A stretch of DNA of 64,000 bases from positions 13,888,001 to 13,952,000 of the forward strand of contig OZ024744.1 of the NCBI GenBank assembly GCA_964016885.1, written 5' to 3'. Positions 39,300 through 55,500 of the stretch are shown in pieces. The notes under the pieces were generated by a model. That model worked only from the letters and a program-made list of their open reading frames with translations, was not told the DNA's origin and made no database searches. This DNA comes from Eledone cirrhosa. Its lineage: Eukaryota. A program made the position numbers and the translations under genes. Every line of letters begins with the position of its first letter. Positions within the stretch are counted from its first letter, which is position 1.

Positions 39300-42200
39300 C
39301 CAGTTAAAGCAACTCTCTAAATTGAGAGATCATAACTTCCATACTATGGACATGTGGTTAGAATGTCTCAGTAGATCAGAGAATCACTCCAGTTAAAACT
39401 ACTCTTTAAATTGAGAGATCACAACTCCTATACTATGGACATGGGTTAGAATGTCTCAGTAGATCAGAGTGTCACTCCAGTTAAAGCCACTCTCTAAATT
39501 GAGAGATCACAACTCCAATACTATGGACATGGGGTTTGAATGTCTCAGTAGATCAGAGAGTCACTCCAGTTAAAGCTACTCTCTAAATTGAGAGATCACA
39601 ACTCCCATACTATGGACATGTGGTTAGAATGTCTCAGTAGATCAGAGAGTCATTCCAGTTAAAGCCACTCTCTTAATTGAGAGATCACAACTCCCATACT
39701 ATGGACGTGTGGTTAGAATGTCTCAGTAGATCAGAGAGTCACTCCAGTTAAAGCCACTCTCTAAATTCAGAGATCACAACTCCCATACTCTGGACGTGTG
39801 GTTAGAATGTCTCAGTACATCAGAGAATCACTCCAGTTAAAACTACTCTCTAAATTGAGAGATCACAACTCCCATACTATGGACATGTGGTTAGAATGTC
39901 TCAGTAGATCATAGAGTCACTCCAGTTAAAGCTACTCTCTAAATTGAGAGATCACAACTCCCATACTATGGACATGTGGTTAGAATGTCTCAGTAGATCA
40001 GAGTGTCACTCCAGTTAAAGCCACTCTCTAAATTGAGAGATCTCAACTCTCATACTATGGACATGTGGTTAGAATGTCTCAGTAGATCAGAGAGTCACTC
40101 CAGTTAAAGCTACTCTCTAAATTGAGAGATCACAACTCCAATACTATGGACATGTGGTTAGAATGTCTCAGTAGATCAGAGAGTCATTCCAGTTAAAGCC
40201 ACTCTCTAAATTGAGAGATCACAACTCCCGTACTATGGACGTGTGGTTAGAATGTCTCAGTAGATCAGAGAGTCACTCTTGTTAAAGCTACTCTCTAAAT
40301 TGAGAGATCACAACTCCTATACTATGGACATGGGGTTAGAATGTCTCAGTAGATCAGAGTGTCACTCCAGTTAAAGCCACTCTATAAATTGAGAGATCAC
40401 AACTCCCAAACTATGGACATGTCGTTAGAATGTCTCAGTAGATCAGAGAGTTACTCCAGTTAAAGCTACTCTCTAAATTGAGAGATCACAACTCCAATAC
40501 TATGGACATGGGGTTTGAATGTCTCAGTAGATCAGAGAGTCGCTCAAGTTAAAACCACTCTCTAAATTGAGAGATCACAACTCCAATACTATGGACATGT
40601 GGTTAGAATGTCTCAGTAGATCAGAGTGTCACTCCAGTTAAAGCTACTCTCTATATTGAGAGATCACAACTCCCATACTATGGACATGTGGTTAGAATGT
40701 CTCAGTAGATTAGAGTGTCATTCCAGTTAAAGCTACTCTCTAAATTGAGAGATCACAACTCCCATACTATTGACATGTGGGTAGAATGTCTCAGTAGATC
40801 AGAGAGTCACTCCAGTTAAAGCCACTAATTCTCTAAATTGAGAGATCACAACTCCCATACTATGGACATATGGTTAGTATGTCTCAGTAGATCAGAGAGT
40901 CACTCCAGTTAAAGCCACTCTGTAAATTGACAGATCACAACTTCCATACTATGGACATGTGGTTAGAATGTCTCAGTAGATCAGAGAGTTACTCCAGTTA
41001 AAGCTACTCTCTAAATTGAGAGATCACAACTCCAATAATATGGACATGGGGTTTGATTGTCTCAGTAGATCAGAGTGTCACTCCAGTTAAAGCTACTCTC
41101 TAAATTGAGAGATTACAACTCCAATACTATGGACATGGGGTTTGAATGTCTCAGTAGATCAGAGAGTCACTCCAGTTAAAGCTACTCTCTAAATTGAGAG
41201 ATCACAACTCCAATACTATGGACATGGGGTTTGAAAGTCTCAGTAGATCAGAGTGTCACTCCAGTTAAAGCTACTCTCTAAATTGAGAGATTACAACTCC
41301 AATACTATGGACATGGGGTTTGAAAGTCTCAGTAGATCAGAGTGTCACTCCAGTTAAAGCTACTCTCTAAATTGAGAGATTACAACTCCAATACTATGGA
41401 CATGTGATTAGAATGTCTCAGTAGATTAGAGAGTCACTCCAGTTAAAGCCACTCTCTAAATTGAGAGATCACAACTTCAATACTATGGACATGTGGTTAG
41501 AAAGTCTCAGTAGATCAGAGTGTCACTCCAGTTGAAGCTAATCTCTAAATTGAGAGATCACAACTCCAATACTATGGACATGGGGTTTGAATGTCTCAGT
41601 AGATCAGAGTGTCACTCCAGTTAAAGCTACTCTCTAAATTGAGAGATCACAACTCCAATACTATGGACATGGGGTTTGAATGTCTCAGTAGATCAGAGAA
41701 TCACTTCAGTTAAAGCTACTCTCTAAATTGAGAGATCACAACTCCAATACTATGGACATGGGGTTTGAAAGTCTCAGTAGATCAGAGTGTCACTCCAGTT
41801 AAAGCTACTCTCTAAATTGAGAGATTACAACTCCAATACTATGGACATGGGGTTTGAAAGTCTCAGTAGATCAGAGTGTCACTCCAGTTAAAGCTACTCT
41901 CTAAATTGAGAGATTACAACTCCAATACTATGGAAATGTGGTTAGAATGTCTCAGTAGATTAGAGAGTCACTCCAGTTAAAGCCACTCTCTAAATTGAGA
42001 GATCACAACTCCAATACTATGGACATGTGGTTAGAAAGTCTCAGTAGATCAGAGTATCACTCCAGTTAAAGCTACTCTCTAAATTGAGAGATTACAACTC
42101 CAATACTATGGACATGTGGTTAGAATGTCTCAGTAGATTAGTGAGTCACTCCAGTTAAAGCCACTCTCTAAATTGAGAGATCACAACTCCAATACTATGG

Positions 42201-45200
42201 CCATGTGGTTAGAATGTCTCAGTAGATCAGAGTGTCACTCCAGTTAAAGCCACTCTCTAAATTGAGAGATCATAACTTCCATACTATGGACATGTGGTTA
42301 GAATGTCTCAGTAGATCAGAGAATCACTCCAGTTAAAACTACTCTTTAAATTGAGAGATCACAACTCCTATACTATGGACATGGGTTAGAATGTCTCAGT
42401 AGATCAGAGTGTCACTCCAGTTAAAGCCACTCTCTAAATTGAGAGATCACAACTCCCATACTATGGACATGGGGTTTGAATGTCTCAGTAGATCAGAGAG
42501 TCACTCCAGTTAAAGCTACTCTCTAAATTGAGAGATCACAACTCCCATACTATGGACATGTGGTTAGAATGTCTCAGTAGATCAGAGAGTCATTCCAGTT
42601 AAAGCCACTCTCTTAATTGAGAGATCACAACTCCCATACTATGGACGTGTGGTTAGAATGTCTCAGTAGATCAGAGAGTCACTCCAGTTAAAGCCACTCT
42701 CTAAATTCAGAGATCACAACTCCCATACTCTGGACGTGTGGTTAGAATGTCTCAGTACATCAGAGAATCACTCCAGTTAAAACTACTCTCTAAATTGAGA
42801 GATCACAACTCCCATACTATGGACATGTGGTTAGAATGTCTCAGTAGATCAGAGAGTCACTCCAGTTAAAGCTACTCTCTAAATTGAGAGATCACAACTC
42901 CCATACTATGGACATGTGGTTAGAATGTCTCAGTAGATCAGAGAGTCACTCCAGTTAAAGCTACTCTCTAAATTGAGAGATCACAACTCCAATACTATGG
43001 ACATGTGGTTAGAATGTCTCAGTAGATCAGAGTGTCACTCCAGTTAAAGCAACTCTCTAAATTGAGAGATCATAACTTCCATACTATGGACATGTGGTTA
43101 GAATGTCTCAGTAGATCACAGAGTTACTCCAGTTAAAGCTACTCTCTAAATTGAGAGATCACAACTCCAATACTATGGACATGGGGTTTGAATGTCTCAG
43201 TAGATCAGAGAGTCGCTCAAGTTAAAGCCACTCTCTAAATTGAGAGATCACAACTCCAATACTATGGACATGTGGTTAGAATGTCTCAGTAGATCAGAGT
43301 GTCACTCCAGTTAAAGCTACTCTCTATATTGAGAGATCACAACTCCCATACTATGGACATGTGGTTAGAATGTCTCAGTAGATTAGAGTGTCATTCCAGT
43401 TAAAGCTACTCTCTAAATTGAGAGATCACAACTCCCATACTATTGACATGTGGGTAGAATGTCTCAGTAGATCAGAGAGTCACTCCAGTTAAAGCCACTA
43501 ATTCTCTAAATTGAGAGATCACAACTCCCATACTATGGACATATGGTTAGTATGTCTCAGTAGATCAGAGAGTCACTCCAGTTAAAGCCACTCTGTAAAT
43601 TGACAGATCACAACTTCCATACTATGGACATGTGGTTAGAATGTCTCAGTAGATCAGAGAGTTACTCCAGTTAAAGCTACTCTCTAAATTGAGAGATCAC
43701 AACTCCAATAATATGGACATGGGGTTTGATTGTCTCAGTAGATCAGAGTGTCACTCCAGTTAAAGCTACTCTCTAAATTGAGAGGTCACAACTCCAATAC
43801 TATGGACATGGGATTTGAAAGTCTCAGTAGATCAGAGTGTCACCCCAGTTAAAGCTACTCTCTAAATTGAGAGATTACAACTCCAATACTATGGACATGT
43901 GGTTAGAATGTCTCAGTAGATTAGAGAGTCACTCCAGTTAAAGCCACTCTCTAAATTGAGAGATCACAACTCCAATACTATGGACATGTGGTTAGAATGT
44001 CTCAGTAGATCAGAGTTTCACTCCAGTTAAAGCTACTCTCTAAATTGAGAGATCACAACTCCAATACTATTGACATGGTGTTTGAATGTCTCAGTAGATC
44101 AATGAGTCGCTCAATTTAAAGCCACTCTCTAAATTGAGAGATCACAACTCCAATACTATGGACATGTGGTTAGAATGTCTCAGTAGATCAGAGTGTCACT
44201 CCAGTTAAAGCTACTCTCTATATTGAGAGATCACAACTCCCATACTATGGACATGTGGTTAGAATGTCTCAGTAGATTAGAGTGTCATTCCAGTTAAAGC
44301 TACTCTCTAAATTGAGAGATCACAACTCCCATACTATTGACATGTGGGTAGAATGTCTCAGTAGATCAGAGAGTCACTCCAGTTAAAGCCACTAATTCTC
44401 TAAATTGAGAGATCACAACTCCCATACTATGGACATATGGTTAGTATGTCTCAGTAGATCAGAGAGTCACTCCAGTTAAAGCCACTCTGTAAATTGACAG
44501 ATCACAACTTCTATACTATGGACATGTGGTTAGAATGTCTCAATAGATCAGAGAGTTACTCCAGTTAAAGCTACTCTCTAAATTGAGAGATCACAACTCC
44601 AATACTATGGACATGGGGTTTGATTGTCTCAGTAGATCAGAGTGTCACTCCAGTTAAAGCTACTCTCTAAATTGAGAGATCATAACTTCCATACTATGGT
44701 CATGTGGTTAGAATGTCTCAGTAGATCAGAGTGTCACTCCAGTTAAAGCTAATCTCTAAATTGAGAGATCACAACTCCAATACTATGGACATGGGGTTTG
44801 AATGTCTCAGTAGATCAGAGTGTCACTCCAGTTAAAGCTACTCTCTAAATTGAGAGATCACAACTCCAATACTATGGACATGGGGTTTGAAAGTCTCAGT
44901 AGATCAGAGTGTCACTCCAGTTAAAGCTACTCTCTAAATTGAGAGATTACAACTCCAATACTATGGACATGTGGTTAGAATGTCTCAGTAGATTAGAGAG
45001 TCACTCCAGTTAAAGCCACTCTCTAAATTGAGAGATCACAACTCCAATACTATGGACATGTGGTTAGAATGTCTCAGTAGATCAGAGTGTCACTCCAGTT
45101 AAAGCCACTCTCTAAATTGAGAGATCATAACTTCCATACTATGGACATGTGGTTAGAATGTCTCAGTAGATCAGAGAATCACTCCAGTTAAAACTACTCT

Positions 45201-46400
45201 TTAAATTGAGAGATCACAACTCCTATACTATGGACATGGGTTAGAATGTCTCAGTAGATCAGAGTGTCACTCCAGTTAAAGCCACTCTCTAAATTGAGAG
45301 ATCACAACTCCAATACTATGGACATGGGGTTTGAATGTCTCAGTAGATCAGAGAGTCACTGCAGTTAAAGCTACTCTCTAAATTGAGAGATCACAACTCC
45401 CATACTATGGACATGTGGTTAGAATGTCTCAGTAGATCAGAGAGTCATTCCAGTTAAAGCCACTCTCTTAATTGAGAGATCACAACTCCCATACTATGGA
45501 CGTGTGGTTAGAATGTCTCAGTAGATCAGAGAGTCACTCCAGTTAAAGCCACTCTCTAAATTCAGAGATCACAACTCCCATACTCTGGACGTGTGGTTAG
45601 AATGTCTCAGTACATCAGAGAATCACTCCAGTTAAAACTACTCTCTAAATTGAGAGATCACAACTCCCATACTATGGACATGTGGTTAGAATGTCTCAGT
45701 AGATCAGAGAGTCACTCCAGTTAAAGCTACTCTCTAAATTGAGAGATCACAACTCCCATACTATGGACATGTGGTTAGAATGTCTCAGTAGATCAGAGAG
45801 TCACTCCAGTTAAAGCTACTCTCTAAATTGAGAGATCACAACTCCTATACTATGGACATGGGGTTAGAATGTCTCAGTAGATCAGAGTGTCACTCCAGTT
45901 AAAGCCACTCTCTAAATTGAGAGATCACAACTCTCATACTATGGACATGTGGTTAGAATGTCTCAGTAGATCAGAGAGTCACTCCAGTTAAAGCTACTCT
46001 CTAAATTGAGAGATCACAACTCCAATACAATGGACATGTGGTTAGAATGTCTCAGTAGATCAGAGAGTCATTCCAGTTAAAGCCACTCTCTAAATTGAGA
46101 GATCACAACTCCCGTACTATGGACGTGTGGTTAGAATGTCTCAGTAGATCAGAGAGTCACTCTTGTTAAAGCTACTCTCTAAATTGAGAGATCACAACTC
46201 CCAAACTATGGACATGTCGTTAGAATGTCTCAGTAGATCAGAGAGTTACTCCAGTTAAAGCTACTCTCTAAATTGAGAGATCACAACTCCAATACTATGG
46301 ACATGGGGTTTGAATGTCTCAGTAGATCAGAGAGTCGCTCAAGTTAAAGCCACTCTCTAAATTGAGAGATCACAACTCCAATACTATGGACATGTGGTTA
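39300..46400. repeat. 32-33-monomer higher-order copies marked by an 88-bp deletion monomer, with a nested 10-mer duplication
   Basis: The 1-bp-deleted ATGGGTTAGA, linked to AAAACTACTCTTTAAA, lies at 39441, 42381 and 45236 (2940 and 2855 bp apart). The +4 insertion lies at 43499 and 44393 (894 = 10x89+4). Confidence 0.88.
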
Positions 46401-46559
46401 GAATGTCTCAGTAGATCAGAGAGTTACTCCAGTTAAAGCTACTCTCTAAATTGAGAGATCACAACTCCAATAATATGGACATGGGGTTTGATTGTCTCAG
46501 TAGATCAGAGTGTCACTCCAGTTAAAGCTACTCTCTAAATTGAGAGGTCACAACTCCAA

Positions 46560-49500
46560 TACTATGGACATGGGGTTTGAATGTCTCAGTAGATCAGAGT
46601 GTCACTCCAGTTAAAGCTACTCTCTAAATTGAGAGATCACAACTCGAATACTATGGACATGGGGTTTGAATGTCTCAGTAGATCAGAGTGTCACTTCAGT
46701 TAAAGCTACTCTCTAAATTGAGAGATCACAACTCCAATACTATGGACATGGTGTTTGAAAGTCTCAGTAGATCAGAGTGTCACTCCAGTTAAAGCTACTC
46801 TCTAAATTGAGAGATTACAACTCCAATACTATGGACATGTGGTTAGAATGTCTCAGTAGATTAGAGAGTCACTCCAGTTAAAGCCACTCTCTAAATTGAG
46901 AGATCACAACTCCAATAATATGGACATGTGGTTAGAATGTCTCAGTAGATCAGAGTGTCACTCCAGTTAAAGCCACTCTCTAAATTGAGAGATCATAACT
47001 TCCATACTATGGACATGTGGTTAGAATGTCTCAGTAGATCAGAGAGTCACTCCAGTTAAAGCCACTCTCTAAATTGAGAGATCACAACTCCAATACTATG
47101 GACATGGGGTCTGAAAGTCTCAGTACATCAGAGTGTCACTCCAGTTAAAGTTACTCTCTAAATTGAGAGATCACAACTCCAATACTATGGACATGGGGTT
47201 TGAATGTCTCAGTAGATCAGAGAATCACTCCAGTTAAAGCTACTCTCTAAATTGAGAGATCACAACCCCAATACTATGGACATGGGGTTTGAAAGTCTCA
47301 GTAGATCAGAGTGTCACTCCAGTTAAAGCTATTCTCTAAATTGAGAGATTACAACTCCAATACTATGGACATGGGGTTTGAATGTCTCAGTAGATCAGAG
47401 AGTCACTCCAGTTAAAGCTACTCTCTAAATTGAGAGATCACAACTCCAATACTATGGACATGGGGTTTGAAAGTCTCAGTAGATCAGAGTGTCACTCCAG
47501 TTAAAGCTACTCTCTAAATTGAGAGATTACAACTCCAATACTATGGACATGGGGTTTGAAAGTCTCAGTAGATCAGAGTGTCACTCCAGTTAAAGCTACT
47601 CTCTAAATTGAGAGATTACAACTCCAATACTATGGACATGTGGTTAGAATGTCTCAGTAGATTAGAGAGTCACTCCAGTTAAAGCCACTCTCTAAATTGA
47701 GAGATCACAACTCCAATACTATGGACATGTGATTAGAATGTCTCAGTAGATTATAGAGTCACTCCAGTTAAAGCCACTCTCTAAATTGAGAGATCACAAC
47801 TCCAATACTATGGACATGTGGTTAGAAAGTCTCAGTAGATCAGAGTGTCACTCCAGTTAAAGCTAATCTCTAAATTGAGAGATCACAACTCCAATACTAT
47901 GGACATGGGGTTTGAATGTCTCAGTAGATCAGAGTGTCACTCCAGTTAAAGCTACTCTCTAAATTGAGAGATCACAACTCCAATACTATGGACATGGGGT
48001 TTGAATGTCTCAGTAGATCAGAGAGTCACTTCAGTTAAAGCTACTCTCTAAATTGAGAGATCACAACTCCAATACTATGGACATGGGGTTTGAAAGTCTC
48101 AGTAGATCAGAGTGTCACTCCAGTTAAAGCTACTCTCTAAATTGAGAGATTACAACTCCAATACTATGGACATGTGGTTAGAATGTCTCAGTAGATTAGA
48201 GAGTCACTCCAGTTAAAGCCACTCTCTAAATTGAGAGATCACAACTCCAATACTATGGACATGTGGTTAGAATGTCTTAGTAGATCAGAGTGTCACTCCA
48301 GTTAAAGCCACTCTCTAAATTGAGAGATCATAACTTCCATACTATGGACATGTGGTTAGAATGTCTCAGTAGATCAGAGATTCACTCCAGTTAAAGCCAC
48401 TCTCTAAATTGAGAGCTCACAACTCCAATACTATGGTCATGTGGTTAGAATGTCTCAGTAGATCAGAGAGTCACTCCAGTTAAAGCTACTCTCTAAATTG
48501 AGAGATTACAACTCCAATTCTATGGACATGTGGTTAGAATGTCTCAGTAGATTAGAGAGTCACTCCAGTTAAAGCCACTCTCTAAATTGAGAGATCACAA
48601 CTCCAATACTATGGACATGTGGTTAGAATGTCTCAGTAGATCAGAGTTTCACTCCAGTTAAAGCTAATCTCTAAATTGAGAGATCACAACTCCAATACTA
48701 TGGACATGGGGTTTGAATGTCTCAGTAGATCAGAGTGTCACTCCAGTTAAAGCTACTCTCTAAATTGAGAGATCACAACTCGAATACTATGGACATGGGG
48801 TTTGAATGTCTCAGTAGATCAGAGTGTCACTTCAGTTAAAGCTACTCTCTAAATTGAGAGATCACAACTCCAATACTATGGACATGGTGTTTGAAAGTCT
48901 CAGTAGATCAGAGTGTCACTCCAGTTAAAGCTACTCTCTAAATTGAGAGATTACAACTCCAATACTATGGACATGTGGTTAGAATGTCTCAGTAGATTAG
49001 AGAGTCACTCCAGTTAAAGCCACTCTCTAAATTGAGAGATCACAACTCCAATACTATGGACATGTGGTTAGAATGTCTAAGTAGATCAGAGTGTCACTCC
49101 AGTTAAAGCCACTCTCTAAATTGAGAGATCATAACTTCCATACTATGGACATGTGGTTAGAATGTCTCAGTAGATCAGAGAGTCGCTCAAGTTAAAGCCA
49201 CTCTCTAAATTGAGAGATCACAACTCCAATACTATGGACATGTGGTTAGAATGTCTCAGTAGATCAGAGTGTCACTCCAGTTAAAGCTACTCTCTATATT
49301 GAGAGATCACAACTCCCATACTATGGACATGTGGTTAGAATGTCTCAGTAGATTAGAGTGTCATTCCAGTTAAAGCTACTCTCTAAATTGAGAGATCACA
49401 ACTCCCATACTATTGACATGTGGGTAGAATGTCTCAGTAGATCAGAGAGTCACTCCAGTTAAAGCCACTAATTCTCTAAATTGAGAGATCACAACTCCCA

Positions 49501-52500
49501 TACTATGGACATATGGTTAGTATGTCTCAGTAGATCAGAGAGTCACTCCAGTTAAAGCCACTCTGTAAATTGACAGATCACAACTTCCATACTATGGACA
49601 TGTGGTTAGAATGTCTCAGTAGATCAGAGAGTTACTCCAGTTAAAGCTACTCTCTAAATTGAGAGATCACAACTCCAATAATATGGACATGGGGTTTGAT
49701 TGTCTCAGTAGATCAGAGTGTCACTCCAGTTAAAGCTACTCTCTAAATTGAGAGGTCACAACTCCAATACTATGGACATGGGATTTGAAAGTCTCAGTAG
49801 ATCAGAGTGTCACCCCAGTTAAAGCTACTCTCTAAATTGAGAGATTACAACTCCAATACTATGGACATGTGGTTAGAATGTCTCAGTAGATTAGAGAGTC
49901 ACTCCAGTTAAAGCCACTCTCTAAATTGAGAGATCACAACTCCAATACTATGGACATGTGGTTAGAATGTCTCAGTAGATCAGAGTTTCACTCCAGTTAA
50001 AGCTACTCTCTAAATTGAGAGATCACAACTCCAATACTATGGACATGGTGTTTGAATGTCTCAGTATATCAATGAGTCGCTCAAGTTAAAGCCACTCTCT
50101 AAATTGAGAGATCACAACTCCAATACTATGGACATGTGGTTAGAATGTCTCAGTAGATCAGAGTGTCACTCCAGTTAAAGCTACTCTCTATATTGAGAGA
50201 TCACAACTCCCATACTATGGACATGTGGTTAGAATGTCTCAGTAGATTAGAGTGTCATTCCAGTTAAAGCTACTCTCTAAATTGAGAGATCACAACTCCC
50301 ATACTATTGACATGTGGGTAGAATGTCTCAGTAGATCAGAGAGTCACTCCAGTTAAAGCCACTAATTCTCTAAATTGAGAGATCACAACTCCCATACTAT
50401 GGACATATGGTTAGTATGTCTCAGTAGATCAGAGAGTCACTCCAGTTAAAGCCACTCTGTAAATTGACAGATCACAACTTCTATACTATGGACATGTGGT
50501 TAGAATGTCTCAATAGATCAGAGAGTTACTCCAGTTAAAGCTACTCTCTAAATTGAGAGATCACAACTCCAATACTATGGACATGGGGTTTGATTGTCTC
50601 AGTAGATCAGAGTGTCACTCCAGTTAAAGCTACTCTCTAAATTGAGAGATCATAACTTCCATACTATGGTCATGTGGTTAGAATGTCTCAGTAGATCAGA
50701 GTGTCACTCCAGTTAAAGCTAATCTCTAAATTGAGAGATCACAACTCCAATACTATGGACATGGGGTTTGAATGTCTCAGTAGATCAGAGTGTCACTCCA
50801 GTTAAAGCTACTCTCTAAATTGAGAGATCACAACTCCAATACTATGGACATGGGGTTTGAATGTCGCAGTAGATCAGAGAGTCACTTCAGTTAAAGCTAC
50901 TCTCTAAATTGAGAGATCACAACTCCAATACTATGGACATGGGGTTTGAAAGTCTCAGTAGATCAGAGTGTCACTCCAGTTAAAGCTACTCTCTAAATTG
51001 AGAGATTACAACTCCAATACTATGGACATGTGGTTAGAATGTCTCAGTAGATTAGAGAGTCACTCCAGTTAAAGCCACTCTCTAAATTGAGAGATCACAA
51101 CTCCAATACTATGGACATGTGGTTAGAATGTCTCAGTAGATCAGAGTGTCACTCCAGTTAAAGCCACTCTCTAAATTGAGAGATCATAACTTCCATACTA
51201 TGGACATGTGGTTAGAATGTCTCAGTAGATCAGAGAATCACTCCAGTTAAAACTACTCTTTAAATTGAGAGATCACAACTCCTATACTATGGACATGGGT
51301 TAGAATGTCTCAGTAGATCAGAGTGTCACTCCAGTTAAAGCCACTCTCTAAATTGAGAGATCACAACTCCAATACTATGGACATGGGGTTTGAATGTCTC
51401 AGTAGATCAGAGAGTCACTCCAGTTAAAGCTACTCTCTAAATTGAGAGATCACAACTCCCATACTATGGACATGTGGTTAGAATGTCTCAGTAGATCAGA
51501 GAGTCATTCCAGTTAAAGCCACTCTCTTAATTGAGAGATCACAACTCCCATACTATGGACGTGTGGTTAGAATGTCTCAGTAGATCAGAGAGTCACTCCA
51601 GTTAAAGCCACTCTCTAAATTCAGAGATCACAACTCCCATACTCTGGACGTGTGGTTAGAATGTCTCAGTACATCAGAGAATCACTCCAGTTAAAACTAC
51701 TCTCTAAATTGAGAGATCACAACTCCCATACTATGGACATGTGGTTAGAATATCTCAGTAGATCAGAGAGTCACTCCAGTTAAAGCTACTCTCTAAATTG
51801 AGAGATCACAACTCCCATACTATGGACATGTGGTTAGAATGTCTCAGTAGATCAGAGAGTCACTCCAGTTAAAGCTACTCTCTAAATTGAGAGATCACAA
51901 CTCCTATACTATGGACATGGGGTTAGAATGTCTCAGTAGATCAGAGTGTCACTCCAGTTAAAGCCACTCTCTAAATTGAGAGATCACAACTCTCATACTA
52001 TGGACATGTGGTTAGAATGTCTCAGTAGATCAGAGAGTCACTCCAGTTAAAGCTACTCTCTAAATTGAGAGATCACAACTCCAATACTATGGACATGTGG
52101 TTAGAATGTCTCAGTAGATCAGAGAGTCATTCCAGTTAAAGCCACTCTCTAAATTGAGAGATCACAACTCCTGTACTATGGACGTGTGGTTAGAATGTCT
52201 CAGTAGATCAGAGAGTCACTCTTGTTAAAGCTACTCTCTAAATTGAGAGATCACAACTCCTATACTATGGACATGGGGTTAGAATGTCTCAGTAGATCAG
52301 AGTGTCACTCCAGTTAAAGCCACTCTCTAAATTGAGAGATCACAACTCCCAAACTATGGACATGTCGTTAGAATGTCTCAGTAGATCAGAGAGTTACTCC
52401 AGTTAAAGCTACTCTCTAAATTGAGAGATCACAACTCCAATACTATGGACATGGGGTTTGAATGTCTCAGTAGATCAGAGAGTCGCTCAAGTTAAAGCCA

Positions 52501-55500
52501 CTCTCTAAATTGAGAGATCACAACTCCAATACTATGGACATGTGGTTAGTATGTCTCAGTAGATCAGAGAGTCACTCCAGTTAAAGCCACTCTGTAAATT
52601 GACAGGTCACAACTTCCATACTATGGACATGTGGTTAGAATGTCTCAGTAGATCAGAGAGTTACTCCAGTTAAAGCTACTCTCTAAATTGAGAGATCACA
52701 ACTCCAATAATATGGACATGGGGTTTGATTGTCTCAGTAGATCAGAGTGTCACTCCAGTTAAAGCTACTCTCTAAATTGAGAGGTCACAACTCCAATACT
52801 ATGGACATGGGATATGAAAGTCTCAGTAGATCAGAGTGTCACCCCAGTTAAAGCTACTCTCTAAATTGAGAGATTACAACTCCAATACTATGGACATGTG
52901 GTTAGAATGTCTCAGTAGATTAGAGAGTCACTCCAGTTAAAGCCACTCTCTAAATTGAGAGATCACAACTCCAATACTATGGACATGTGGTTAGAATGTC
53001 TCAGTAGATCAGAGTTTCACTCCAGTTAAAGCTACTCTCTAAATTGAGAGATCACAACTCCAATACTATGGACATGGTGTTTGAATGTCTCAGTAGATCA
53101 ATGAGTCGCTCAAGTTAAAGCCACTCTCTAAATTGAGAGATCACAACTCCAATACTATGGACATGTGGTTAGAATGTCTCAGTAGATCAGAGTGTCACTC
53201 CAGTTAAAGCTACTCTCTATATTGAGAGATCACAACTCCCATACTATGGACATGTGGTTAGAATGTCTCAGTAGATTAGAGTGTCATTCCAGTTAAAGCT
53301 ACTCTCTAAATTGAGAGATCACAACTCCCATACTATTGACATGTGGGTAGAATGTCTCAGTAGATCAGAGAGTCACTCCAGTTAAAGCCACTAATTCTCT
53401 AAATTGAGAGATCACAACTCCCATACTATGGACATATGGTTAGTATGTCTCAGTAGATCAGAGAGTCACTCCAGTTAAAGCCACTCTGTAAATTGACAGA
53501 TCACAACTTCTATACTATGGACATGTGGTTAGAATGTCTCAGTAGATCAGAGAGTTACTCCAGTTAAAGCTACTCTCTAAATTGAGAGATCACAACTCCA
53601 ATACTATGGACATGGGGTTTGAATGTCTCAGTAGATCAGAGTGTCACTCCAGTTAAAGCTACTCTCTAAATTGAGAGATCACAACTCGAATACTATGGAC
53701 ATGGGGTTTGAATGTCTCAGTAGATCAGAGTGTCACTTCAGTTAAAGCTACTCTCTAAATTGAGAGATCACAACTCCAATACTATGGACATGGTGTTTGA
53801 AAGTCTCAGTAGATCAGAGTGTCACTCCAGTTAAAGCTACTCTCTAAATTGAGAGATTACAACTCCAATACTATGGACATGTGGTTAGAATGTCTCAGTA
53901 GATTAGAGAGTCACTCCAGTTAAAGCCACTCTCTAAATTGAGAGATCACAACTCCAATACTATGGACATGTGGTTAGAATGTCTCAGTAGATCAGAGTTT
54001 CACTCCAGTTAAAGCTACTCTCTAAATTGAGAGATCACAACTCCAATACTATGGACATGGTGTTTGAATGTCTCAGTAGATCAATGAGTCGCTCAAGTTA
54101 AAGCCACTCTCTAAATTGAGAGATCACAACTCCAATACTATGGACATGTGGTTAGAATGTCTCAGTAGATCAGAGTGTCACTCCAGTTAAAGCTACTCTC
54201 TATATTGAGAGATCACAACTCCCATACTATGGACATGTGGTTAGAATGTCTCAGTAGATTAGAGTGTCATTCCAGTTAAAGCTACTCTCTAAATTGAGAG
54301 ATCACAACTCCCATACTATTGACATGTGGGTAGAATGTCTCAGTAGATCAGAGAGTCACTCCAGTTAAAGCCACTAATTCTCTAAATTGAGAGATCACAA
54401 CTCCCATACTATGGACATATGGTTAGTATGTCTCAGTAGATCAGAGAGTCACTCCAGTTAAAGCCACTCTGTAAATTGACAGATCACAACTTCTATACTA
54501 TGGACATGTGGTTAGAATGTCTCAATAGATCAGAGAGTTACTCCAGTTAAAGCTACTCTCTAAATTGAGAGATCACAACTCCAATACTATGGACATGGGG
54601 TTTGATTGTCTCAGTAGATCAGAGTGTCACTCCAGTTAAAGCTACTCTCTAAATTGAGAGATCATAACTTCCATACTATGGTCATGTGGTTAGAATGTCT
54701 CAGTAGATCAGAGTGTCACTCCAGTTAAAGCTAATCTCTAAATTGAGAGATCACAACTCCAATACTATGGACATGGGGTTTGAATGTCTCAGTAGATCAG
54801 AGTGTCACTCCAGTTAAAGCTACTCTCTAAATTGAGAGATCACAACTCCAATACTATGGACATGGGGTTTGAATGTCGCAGTAGATCAGAGAGTCACTTC
54901 AGTTAAAGCTACTCTCTAAATTGAGAGATCACAACTCCAATACTATGGACATGGGGTTTGAAAGTCTCAGTAGATCAGAGTGTCACTCCAGTTAAAGCTA
55001 CTCTCTAAATTGAGAGATTACAACTCCAATACTATGGACATGTGGTTAGAATGTCTCAGTAGATTAGAGAGTCACTCCAGTTAAAGCCACTCTCTAAATT
55101 GAGAGATCACAACTCCAATACTATGGACATGTGGTTAGAATGTCTCAGTAGATCAGAGTGTCACTCCAGTTAAAGCCACTCTCTAAATTGAGAGATCATA
55201 ACTTCCATACTATGGACATGTGGTTAGAATGTCTCAGTAGATCAGAGAATCACTCCAGTTAAAACTACTCTTTAAATTGAGAGATCACAACTCCTATACT
55301 ATGGACATGGGTTAGAATGTCTCAGTAGATCAGAGTGTCACTCCAGTTAAAGCCACTCTCTAAATTGAGAGATCACAACTCCAATACTATGGACATGGGG
55401 TTTGAATGTCTCAGTAGATCAGAGAGTCACTCCAGTTAAAGCTACTCTCTAAATTGAGAGATCACAACTCCCATACTATGGACATGTGGTTAGAATGTCT